Below are positions 16,510 through 24,151 of a DNA stretch of 37,117 nucleotides, piece by piece. Origin of the DNA: a virus. Lineage: Duplodnaviria > Caudoviricetes. Positions within the stretch are counted from its first letter, which is position 1. Every line of letters starts with the position of its first letter. Location: IMG/VR virus record IMGVR_UViG_3300030606_000365, positions 1 to 37,117 of that record. The stretch is one strand, 5' to 3'. The position numbers and the translations under genes are program-made. The notes under the pieces are model-generated. The model had not been told where the DNA came from, searched no databases, and was given only the letters and a program-made list of their open reading frames with translations.

Positions 16510-17006
16510 GAGCGAGTCGTGGAGGAGAAGAGCACCGTCGACCCCGAGCGAGCCGTCGATCATGAGAAACACCGAGCTTCACGAGCGAGCCGTCAGTCAT
16601 GAAGAGTTACCGCAATGGTCGAGCGAGCCGCGAGTAGTGAGGGCACCGCAATGGTCGAGCGAGCCGCAGGCGTAGAGAAAGCACCGAGATGCTCGAGCGA
16701 GCCGTGGTTCGCGAGTGGGGGGCGCCGTGTCGCATGAGTTGAGCCGGTGGTTTTGAGGGACCGTGTCAAGGGAGCGAGCCGTGATTCGCGAGCGTACCAA
16801 GGAACGAGAGCGAGCCATCCATGACGCGAGCACCGTGGTAGACGAGCGAGCCGTCGGGCGTGAGGGAACCGAGCCCTGTGAGCGAGTCGTGATCGAAGAG
16901 AACACCCGTGGCCCTGGAACGAGCCGTACGAAGCGAGGGCACCGCCGCGAAAGAGCGAGCCGTCAAGAAGCACCGCGCAACCTGAGCGCACCGTGAAAAC
17001 CGAGCG
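16510..17006 (+). repeat. TIGR-like dual-repeat guide array (~36-nt units: GAGCGAGCC - N9 - GAGnnnACC - N9)
   Basis: Units start at 16510, 16546, 16583, 16621, 16657, 16695, 16736, 16772, 16808, 16844, 16880, 16917, 16953 plus a partial at 16984; seven are exactly 36 nt; two alternating conserved 9-mers separate variable 9-mers. Confidence 0.8.
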
Positions 17007-17049
17007 CATCAACTCCCGGAACCGCGGTTCCGGGCAGGAAGGAACGACG

Positions 17050-17583
17050 ATGGAGACCGAAGGCAAGACGGAGCTGGACGATCTGTTGATGAGCGTGACG
17101 GGCCTCGAGTATTACGGGTACGAGACCCGCCCCCGGTCCCCGTTGGTGCTGCGGCTGCTCAAGCAGATCACGGCCGACGGGCGTTCGTCGGCGTCGGAGC
17201 GGTGGTCGCAGACGGAGGAGGTGCTCACGCGCCTGGTGGGCATGGTGGCGGTCGCGGAACGGGCGCTCTCGGACGCCCTGGCGGTGGCCAAGGCGGGCCA
17301 CGACGGCCTCCAAGGGCTCTGCGAGGCGGTGTTGGAAGAGGACGTCCCCAACGGGGGCTGGATGTTCCAGCTCGGCAAAATCGCGGGCGACCTGGAGGAG
17401 CGTAGGCTCCAGGTTCTCGCGGTCTCACTGGCGTTCCGGCGGGTGCACGAGCGGCGCGAGAATGCCGCGACGACGTACGATGGCATCCGCTCGCACGTCG
17501 GGGAGGGGGCGGGCCACGCCACGGTCGTCGACGGGGCAAACAGCGCGGAATCGTTGGGGAAGCAGGACGGGGACGCCTCGTGA
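17050..17583 (+). CDS. Hypothetical helical protein (177 aa)
   Basis: AGGAAGGA RBS before ATG 17050. Confidence 0.7.
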   Translation: METEGKTELDDLLMSVTGLEYYGYETRPRSPLVLRLLKQITADGRSSASERWSQTEEVLTRLVGMVAVAERALSDALAVAKAGHDGLQGLCEAVLEEDVPNGGWMFQLGKIAGDLEERRLQVLAVSLAFRRVHERRENAATTYDGIRSHVGEGAGHATVVDGANSAESLGKQDGDAS

Positions 17584-17885
17584 TGGGCGCCGTCGTCGAC
17601 ATCCCCCGCCCCGATCCACCGATCGACGTCGTCATCGAGATGCTGGAGGACGGGCCGCCTGGCAACGTGACGGTGTGCGTCCACGAGACGGAGCGGTGCG
17701 TCACCCTCGCGTTCTCGCCGTTGAACGACGAGGTCGTGGGCTGGTGCGTGGAACCCGAGCTGGTGGAGCGGAACGGCCTGATCAAGGCGGTGCTGGGCGC
17801 GCTCGTCCACGAGCATGGCTATCGGCTCGTGCGGCACCCGCCGGGGGTGCTGATTCTGCTGCCGCCAGCCGCCGGAGGAGCGTGA
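17580..17885 (+). CDS. Hypothetical protein (~100 aa)
   Basis: Coupled to neighbours. Confidence 0.65.
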   Translation: MMGAVVDIPRPDPPIDVVIEMLEDGPPGNVTVCVHETERCVTLAFSPLNDEVVGWCVEPELVERNGLIKAVLGALVHEHGYRLVRHPPGVLILLPPAAGGA

Positions 17886-18289
17886 TGGACGCGAACGAAG
17901 CGCGGAAAGCGAAGGAAGGGCTGCACCCGTTCCCGACGCGGGTGCGGGTGGTCTCGGACGGGACGCCGCACGGCACGCATGTCTCCTGCGCGGGCTGCGG
18001 GCAGCCGTTCCTGGTCCGAGAGGCCAATGTGCTGGCGCGGGCCGGCAAGCCGACGCTGGCGTCTCTGGTGGTGGAGGTCGAGGTCGACACCGTGGCCGAG
18101 GTGGGGCTGAGCCGGGTGGAGTTCGACCCGAAGGGGCAGCCGCGGCTCGTGAAGGACCGCCCCGCCGAGCCGCCGCCGGGCGCCTGCCGGTCGTGCGGCA
18201 GCACGGAGGCCCTGGAGCCGATCGGGTCGGGTCTCGTCCAGTGCCGGCAGTGTACGCATGTGCGCCCGGCGCCGGAGACCGCGTCATGA
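17885..18289 (+). CDS. Hypothetical Zn-ribbon protein (134 aa)
   Basis: GGAGGAG RBS; CAGC, CRSC...CRQC. Confidence 0.7.
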   Translation: MDANEARKAKEGLHPFPTRVRVVSDGTPHGTHVSCAGCGQPFLVREANVLARAGKPTLASLVVEVEVDTVAEVGLSRVEFDPKGQPRLVKDRPAEPPPGACRSCGSTEALEPIGSGLVQCRQCTHVRPAPETAS

Positions 18290-18651
18290 GCTGGAACGTC
18301 ATGATGGAGACGGTCCCGGAGGTCCTGGCGCTGCTGGCCGAGCGGCGGCAGGCGGTGTTGGCGGGCCGGGTGGCCTGGGGCTCGTGGCGCTACGACCCGG
18401 CGGCGGGGGTACTCCATCTGGACCCGCGGATCACGGGCGACGTCAAGTTCTACGTGCCGCTCACGTCCTGCATGACCTCGGTGCGGACGCTCGATATCAT
18501 CGCGGAGGTGGCGCGGCGCTCCTGGGCGACGGCCAAGATCGTCGGGCATCTAGTGCTCGCGCTCGACGAGCTACTCAACCTCCGGCGCTCACTGTGCGGC
18601 GGCGGCGTCGAGCATGGGCCGATCGACGTGCTGCGGATTCTGCGGACATGA
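18286..18651 (+). CDS. Hypothetical protein (121 aa)
   Basis: ATGA coupling at both ends; YVPLTSC...LDIIAEVARRSW phage-like motif. Confidence 0.7.
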   Translation: MSWNVMMETVPEVLALLAERRQAVLAGRVAWGSWRYDPAAGVLHLDPRITGDVKFYVPLTSCMTSVRTLDIIAEVARRSWATAKIVGHLVLALDELLNLRRSLCGGGVEHGPIDVLRILRT

Positions 18652-18927
18652 GCGTCGAGCTGCGGTGTGGGGGATGCGGATGGACGGCTCTTTGGTCCGA
18701 GGGTGACGCGCCGACGCACGTCTGTCCGGTGCGCGCCCAGCGTGGGCGAGACTTCCTCATGCTCGCCGGCACGGTGCTGGCGCTCCTGGTGGCCCTGGTG
18801 GAGCATCCGGTGCGACGGCTGCCAGGTGCTTGTGGCCACGGGCGAGTCGCAGCTCGATGGCGCCGAGTTCGACCGGGCGGCGGCCGAGGTCAAGGCGCAT
18901 CGGCGCGAGGTGCCAGCGTGCGCGTAG
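18648..18927 (+). pseudogene. Frameshifted small Zn/TM protein
   Basis: Coding-like frame MSVELRCGGC...TM switches near 18800 to RCDGCQVLV...VPACA-stop in the +1 frame. Confidence 0.4.
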
Positions 18928-18995
18928 GCAGGAATGACGGGGGCCATCGAGGAGTGGGACGGGCTGGCGTGGGTGGCGAGGTTGGTGGTGCTGCC

Positions 18996-19751
18996 GTGAG
19001 CCTGTTCGTCACCCGGCCGAATCCGCCCGCGCCGTGCCTCAAGGGCCTCCTGGTCGAGGCGCCGCTCCCGCACGCGCCGGGTTGTGACTGCCGGTCGTAC
19101 GACGAGCGGCGCACCGTGCCCGACGCGACGCTCAAAGCGTGGGGCGGCCCGCCGCAGGTGGTCGGAACGTACCAGGGCACGCGGAGCCGGGTCCGCGTCG
19201 CCTACACGCCGCGTGCCGTGAAGCGTCACTACTGCCGGGGCTGTTGGGTGCTCGGCCGGGCCGCCGAGGTGTCGCCGCCGCGGCTCTCGTACTGCAACGA
19301 CGACTGCGTCGACACCTACCTGCTCTGGTCGGGGCACAGCGGGCGCGTCCGGACGAAGGTCGAGGAGCGGGACCAGGGCGTGTGCCAGGCGTGCGGGCTC
19401 GACACGGTGGCGCTCACGGCATTCCTGCGCTGGCTGCGCACGGGGCTGCGCGCGCAGCGGACCCTCCAGGGGGGCGCGTGGGTGCGGGTGCAGAAACTCA
19501 CGCACCCGCGCCGCTCCGCGCGGGCACGGCATGTGGTTGCCGCGCTCGGCTTCCCCCTCCAGGAGCACGACCGGTGGGGAGACGGGCCGGCGAGAGGACG
19601 CAGGGCGCCCACGCGCTGGCACGCCGACCACATCGTGCCGCTCGCGGACGGCGGCGACTGGCGGCTCTCGAACCTCCGCACGCTCTGCGTCCCGTGTCAC
19701 AAGGCGGTGACGAAGCAGTGGCACGGCGAACGCTCGAGGCGGGCATCCTGA
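18996..19751 (+). CDS. HNH endonuclease
   Basis: ERDQGVCQAC and WHADHIVPLADGG...SNLRTLCVPCH; typical position upstream of terminase. Confidence 0.88.
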   Translation: MSLFVTRPNPPAPCLKGLLVEAPLPHAPGCDCRSYDERRTVPDATLKAWGGPPQVVGTYQGTRSRVRVAYTPRAVKRHYCRGCWVLGRAAEVSPPRLSYCNDDCVDTYLLWSGHSGRVRTKVEERDQGVCQACGLDTVALTAFLRWLRTGLRAQRTLQGGAWVRVQKLTHPRRSARARHVVAALGFPLQEHDRWGDGPARGRRAPTRWHADHIVPLADGGDWRLSNLRTLCVPCHKAVTKQWHGERSRRAS

Positions 19752-19993
19752 TGGAGCGCATCCGCATTCCGAAGGCGACGGTGCGCAAGCCGTTCATCGA
19801 GCCCAAGCCGGCCTGGGGCGTGGACGCCGGCAGCGACCTCTGGATTCGCTGCGGGGGCTGCGGGATCACGGCGAGCCTCGATCACGACGTGGCGCCCACC
19901 GGCGAGGTCTCGCCCTCGCTCGTCTGTCCCGAGGGCTGCGGGTGGCACGTCTGGGCGACGCTTGAGGGCTTCCAGGGGAGCGGCACGGCGTGA
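19751..19993 (+). CDS. Small Zn-binding protein (80 aa)
   Basis: CGGC...VSPSLVCPEGCGWH; TGATG coupling. Confidence 0.65.
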   Translation: MERIRIPKATVRKPFIEPKPAWGVDAGSDLWIRCGGCGITASLDHDVAPTGEVSPSLVCPEGCGWHVWATLEGFQGSGTA

Positions 19994-20038
19994 TGTCCCC
20001 CCTTGGGCGCTCCGGTCTGCTACCGTCCCCCTTGGGCG

Positions 20039-20695
20039 ATGGGTAGTCGGCGGCTCCAGTGCAAGGCGAAGTCGCGTCGGAGCGGGCGGCGGTGCAAGGG
20101 GTGGGCCCGCAACGGCTTCACCGTCTGCTCGATGCACGGGGCCGGCACGGCCAAGCGGGAGCGCGAGGGGCGGCGGCAGAATCCGGCGATGGCGGGGCTG
20201 CTCAAGAACGGGGGGCAGCCGCGGGCGGCGACGCTCGCGATGCTCAAGGAAACCGACCCGGCGTTCGCCGCCGCCATCGAGGGGTACCGGGCGAACCCCG
20301 ACGAGCTGCGGGAGGGTGCCGAGCTGCTCGCGTGGCTGGGCGCGCTGCGGGACCGGGCGGCGCAGAATCGCCTGCTCTCCCCGGTCATCAACAAGGACGG
20401 CGTGGTGCGGCAGAGCCCGCTGCTCGGGCTCACGCAGGCGATCATCGACGCGAGTCTCAAGCTGAACGAGGCGGAGCGCCGCAACAACGACGGGCTGCTC
20501 TTGCACGCGCAGATGCTCGTGCCGTTCGTCAGTGACGTGGTGGAGGCGGTCTATGAGCTCTGTGGTGGTGACATCGAGCGGTTCGAAGGCTACCTCCGGC
20601 GGTTCCGCCGCCGCCTCCCTGCTGTCATCGACGTTGATCCAGACCGGCCGCCGGCTGACCGCGCGGGGACAGAAGCGGCACCAGGCGGCGAGTGA
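20039..20695 (+). CDS. HGGxSTG-like domain protein, probable terminase small subunit
   Basis: CKAKSRRSGRRC...CSMHGAG; helical C-terminus; immediately before TerL. Confidence 0.7.
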   Translation: MGSRRLQCKAKSRRSGRRCKGWARNGFTVCSMHGAGTAKREREGRRQNPAMAGLLKNGGQPRAATLAMLKETDPAFAAAIEGYRANPDELREGAELLAWLGALRDRAAQNRLLSPVINKDGVVRQSPLLGLTQAIIDASLKLNEAERRNNDGLLLHAQMLVPFVSDVVEAVYELCGGDIERFEGYLRRFRRRLPAVIDVDPDRPPADRAGTEAAPGGE

Positions 20696-22721
20696 CGCCA
20701 CCGCCCGCGCCTTCCTCGAGTGGGCGGCCAGCGGCGGGTTCATTGCGGACCGGGAGCCGGTGGACTTCGAGAAGTGGCGGTTCCTCGGCCAGCTCTACGC
20801 GCTCGTACCGGCCGATCCGATCGGGCTGACCTTCACGATCCGCAAAGCGGCGCAGACCGGCGCGAGCACCTGGGCGATGCTGCTCATGCTGTGGACGGCG
20901 CTGCGGTGGCGCATGCAGTGGGGCTACTTCCTGCCCACGCGCCAGTACGCCATGACGTTCTCGCAGGACCGTTTCATCAAGCTCGCGCGCGAGAACCCGG
21001 CGATCCATCGGCTCATGGGCGATCCGGGTCGGCCGCGCGCGACGTCGGCCAAGCTGATCGACGAGGGCTCGGCCATGACCCGGCGCATCCTCTCATCGAT
21101 CGCCTACTTCCTCTGGATGGAAGGCAAGGTAACGACCGAGGCGCTGCCGCTCGATGGGCTCGTGTTCGATGAGGTGCAGGAGATGCTCCTGCCCGAGATC
21201 GCGAAGGCCGAGGAGCGCATCAGCGCGTCCGACTTGAAGCTCAACATCAAGGTGAGCACGGCGCACTTCGAGGGCGCGGACATCGACTTCTTCTACCAGC
21301 AGTCGGACAAGCGGGTCTGGCGCACGCGATGCGGCTGCTCGGACTGGATCGACCTGGCGCAGGCGTGGGATCCGGGCGAGGGCCCGCTCTGCATCGTGCC
21401 GCCGACGAAGGGCTCGCCGGCCTACTACCGCTGCCCGACGTGCCAGACGAAGATCGCCAACCCGCAGGACGGGGACTTCATCGCGGAGCATCCGGACCGG
21501 ACGCACCACACGGGCGTGTCGTGGTCGCAGATGGTCTCCCCCAAGATGACGGCGGGGGAGTTTCTGCTCAAGTGGGAGAACCGGATCGACACGGCCAACT
21601 TCTACTGGCGGGCGCTCGGCCGCTGCTACACCGACCCGAAGACGGTGCCGGTGACGGTGGACGCCTGTCGGGACGCGCAGCGCCCGGAGCTCACCTGGGG
21701 GCCGGTCAAGCGGCGCGAGGTCGATTCCGTCGTCATGGGGATCGACCAGATGGGCTTCGACAAGCGCGCGGTGGTCAAGGCGCGCGTCCAGGGCGAGATG
21801 CGGCTCATCTGGCTCGAGATCATTCAGGGGACCGAGACGTGGGAGCGCGTGGGCCAGCTCATGCGCGAGTTCAAGGTGCAGGTGTGCTGCGTCGAACAGC
21901 TCCCCGAGTTCGACTCCGCGCAGAAGCTCGCGCGGGACTTCCCCGGCCGCGTCTGGATCGTGGATCACTACGGGCAGCTCGAATCCGAGATCGTGCTGTG
22001 GGGCGACCGGCCGAAGGACCCGTTCGCCAAGCGTATGACCGACGACGAGGGGCGCACGCCGTTCACGGCGCGGGTGGACCAGTACCGGGCGATGAGCTGG
22101 TCACTCGCGCGCTGGCAGCGCCGCGAGATCGTGATGCCCGACGCCCGCACGCTGGTGCAGACCGGCGTGAAGCTGCCGAACGGGAAGCGCGCGCCGGTCA
22201 ACGTGGCCGAGATGCTCTGGCAGCACCTCTCGCGCGTGCAGCTCGTCACCGTGCCCGCACCTGGCCGCGAGGATGAGCACCGCTTCCGGCGGGCAGTGAA
22301 GAAGATCGGCGCTGATCCGCACTTCGCCTTCGCCAACATGCTCTGCGACATCGCCTGGATGCGCGTCTACGGCACGACGCAGTTCCTCGTTGACTCGGCG
22401 CCGACGGCGCGCACGCACCCGGCGGCCGTGCAGGGGAAGGATCGCGGCCCCGAGTTCACCGACCAGATCCGGGAGCGGCTGATCGAGGCCGCCGACATGC
22501 CGGGCGGGACACCGACCGTGACGGCGCCGCACCTCGCGGACGACCCGCTCGGCGGGAAATGCGGCTCGTGCGTCGCCTTCACGACCCAGCGCGAGGGCCT
22601 CGGGCGCGACCAAGGTTTCTGCACGCTGCGGCAGTTCGTGGTGCAGCAGACCCTACCGGGCTGCTCGTCCTACGACCCGCGCGGCCTCACCGACGACGAA
22701 GAAGAGGCACTCTACGAGTGA
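20634..22721 (+). CDS. terL: Terminase large subunit, lambda GpA-like (start uncertain; ORF open from 20532)
   Basis: KAAQTGAST P-loop, LVFDEVQEM Walker B, QQSDKR-W...C...YYRCPTC Zn segment, MGIDQ nuclease strand, DPHFAFA. Confidence 0.9.
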   Translation: MIQTGRRLTARGQKRHQAASDATARAFLEWAASGGFIADREPVDFEKWRFLGQLYALVPADPIGLTFTIRKAAQTGASTWAMLLMLWTALRWRMQWGYFLPTRQYAMTFSQDRFIKLARENPAIHRLMGDPGRPRATSAKLIDEGSAMTRRILSSIAYFLWMEGKVTTEALPLDGLVFDEVQEMLLPEIAKAEERISASDLKLNIKVSTAHFEGADIDFFYQQSDKRVWRTRCGCSDWIDLAQAWDPGEGPLCIVPPTKGSPAYYRCPTCQTKIANPQDGDFIAEHPDRTHHTGVSWSQMVSPKMTAGEFLLKWENRIDTANFYWRALGRCYTDPKTVPVTVDACRDAQRPELTWGPVKRREVDSVVMGIDQMGFDKRAVVKARVQGEMRLIWLEIIQGTETWERVGQLMREFKVQVCCVEQLPEFDSAQKLARDFPGRVWIVDHYGQLESEIVLWGDRPKDPFAKRMTDDEGRTPFTARVDQYRAMSWSLARWQRREIVMPDARTLVQTGVKLPNGKRAPVNVAEMLWQHLSRVQLVTVPAPGREDEHRFRRAVKKIGADPHFAFANMLCDIAWMRVYGTTQFLVDSAPTARTHPAAVQGKDRGPEFTDQIRERLIEAADMPGGTPTVTAPHLADDPLGGKCGSCVAFTTQREGLGRDQGFCTLRQFVVQQTLPGCSSYDPRGLTDDEEEALYE

Positions 22722-22729
22722 TGGAGGTG

Positions 22730-22759
22730 GGGGGCCAGGGGTGATGGGCCCTGGCCCCC
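22730..22759. other. 11-bp perfect hairpin after terL
   Basis: GGGGGCCAGGG-N8-CCCTGGCCCCC; no U tract. Confidence 0.5.
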
Positions 22760-22850
22760 GATGATGGGAAGACGGCCGTCACAGGCCAGGTGGCCAGCCA
22801 CGGCCGTGATCAGGGGGCATGATAGTGGAGCGAAGGAGGGGGCTCAAGCG

Positions 22851-23384
22851 ATGGCGGGGATGCTGGAGGCGATCGAGGCGGTGCTGGGCGAGGCGACGTC
22901 GCCCGAGGACTTCGAGGAGCGCACCAAGGGGCTGACCGAGGAGCTGCGGCTCGGCATGCTCCTGGTCGAGCTCGTCGGGCGCCTGGTGCCCAAGGTGGCC
23001 GGCGGCAACGGCCATGCTCGACGGCGGGTGGCCGGTGAACGGAAGCGGGCGCTGCCGGAACGGAAGGCCCCGGCGGCGAGACGGAACCGTTCCGATGAAC
23101 GGAAGGCCGCCCCGAAGGCCGAGCGCCCGGCGCTGCCCCCGCCGGCCGAGAAGACCCCGCCGCCCGGTGGGGGCGACGAGAAGAAGGCGCTCCAGCTCAT
23201 CGGGAAGGGCTGGTCCCTCCGGGCGATCGCGGAGGAGACGGACGTGCCCAAGCCGCGGCTCGAGTTCCTGCTGCGGCAGGCGAAGCTCGCTGGTACGGCG
23301 GCGACGGAGTGCCGGTGCGGGAACGACACCTATCCGCACCGGGGCACCTGCAAGGCCGACATCTGGACGGTGGGCGACGACTGA
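22851..23384 (+). CDS. Hypothetical protein with C-terminal HTH-like and Cys/His motif (177 aa)
   Basis: AAGGAGG RBS; GWSLRAIAEETDVP; CRCG...HRGTC. Confidence 0.7.
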   Translation: MAGMLEAIEAVLGEATSPEDFEERTKGLTEELRLGMLLVELVGRLVPKVAGGNGHARRRVAGERKRALPERKAPAARRNRSDERKAAPKAERPALPPPAEKTPPPGGGDEKKALQLIGKGWSLRAIAEETDVPKPRLEFLLRQAKLAGTAATECRCGNDTYPHRGTCKADIWTVGDD

Positions 23385-23386
23385 CC

Positions 23387-23491
23387 ATGTGGCGCTGCGG
23401 GACGTGTCACCTGTGGCTCGACGACACGCCGGTGGCGGCCGCGCACGCTCGCGCGCCGGGTCACTTGCTCCTCTGGTGGCGGGTCGCGTGA
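23387..23491 (+). CDS. 34-aa C2H2-type Zn-finger peptide
   Basis: MWRCGTCHLWLDDTPVAAAHARAPGHLLLWWRVA = C-x2-C-x12-H-x5-H. Confidence 0.5.
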   Translation: MWRCGTCHLWLDDTPVAAAHARAPGHLLLWWRVA

Positions 23492-23495
23492 TCCG

Positions 23496-23666
23496 ATGCA
23501 GCCGTGCCGCCGCCGCTGCGAGGTCTGTGGCCGTCCGATCGTAGTGCGCGCGACGCCTGGCTCCGGGATGCGGCCGGGGACGCACTACCGGCCGGGGCAC
23601 ACGCTCTGCCGGCGGTGCTGGCGCGACGAGGGGAATCGGCTGCGGCCGCTCCAGCCGCCCCGGTGA
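23496..23666 (+). CDS. 56-aa C4 Zn-finger peptide
   Basis: MQPCRRRCEVCGRPI...TLCRRCWRDE; below the ORF-track cut-off. Confidence 0.55.
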   Translation: MQPCRRRCEVCGRPIVVRATPGSGMRPGTHYRPGHTLCRRCWRDEGNRLRPLQPPR

Positions 23667-23724
23667 CTGGTACCCTCACGGTATTATACCGCCGGGGGGG
23701 TGGTCTCAGGGTATAGCCGCGTCC

Positions 23725-23776
23725 AGGGGGGCAAAAACCTATCCGGGCCGGGTGGGTTTCTGCCCCCCTTGTTTTT
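23725..23776 (+). terminator. Intrinsic terminator
   Basis: 21-bp stem (one mismatch, two G-U pairs that work only on the + strand) followed by TGTTTTT. Confidence 0.75.
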
Positions 23777-23865
23777 CCACCTCATCTGAGGGTCGCAGAA
23801 CAGGAACCGAGCCGTCCGAGGGGTGTCGGGCGATCACTCCGTCCTTCCCCGGACCGCTCTGACAC

Positions 23866-23933
23866 GGCGGCGGGTAGGATTTGAACCCACGTCCTCCGTG
23901 CGACGGCGATCAACCAGGCTGATCTACCGCAAC
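23866..23933 (-). tRNA. tRNA-like element / pseudo-tRNA with an 11-nt anticodon arm
   Basis: GTTGCGG-TA-GATC AGCCTGGTT GATC-G-CCGTCGCACGG-AGGAC-GTGGG TTCAAAT CCTAC-CCGCCGC-C; D and T arms canonical, one acceptor mismatch, no encoded CCA. Confidence 0.65.
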
Positions 23934-24151
23934 CGCGCTGCGGCGATGAAACCTCGCTGGCGGGATGAAAGTCCCGTTGACGGCCGGCCGCCTGTCAATC
24001 GCACCGCATACAAGTGGCCGCTCCGGCACACGGTTCCGAGGGCTTCCCGGCGCGCGTGCTACGCAGCGGGGGGTGAGCGGGCGAAGGGCTTGGCGGTGGG
24101 CGCGGTCGCCAGGACACATCGTGACGGCCGCGCTGCGACGAGGGGGCTGGG

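Noticed and set aside
16510-17006. CRISPR array or 12-aa protein repeat
   Set aside because: Conserved blocks are only 9 nt and alternate between two types; no cas genes; unit lengths break frame and all overlapping ORFs are short and unconvincing.
17039-17047. Exact match AAGGAACGA to the second spacer of unit 8 (self-target?)
   Set aside because: The flanks do not match the partner spacer, and a lone 9-mer match in 37 kb is expected by chance.
23977-23998. Back-to-back TTGAC boxes as divergent promoters
   Set aside because: No acceptable -10 hexamer at 16-18 bp on either strand; better explained as a hairpin.
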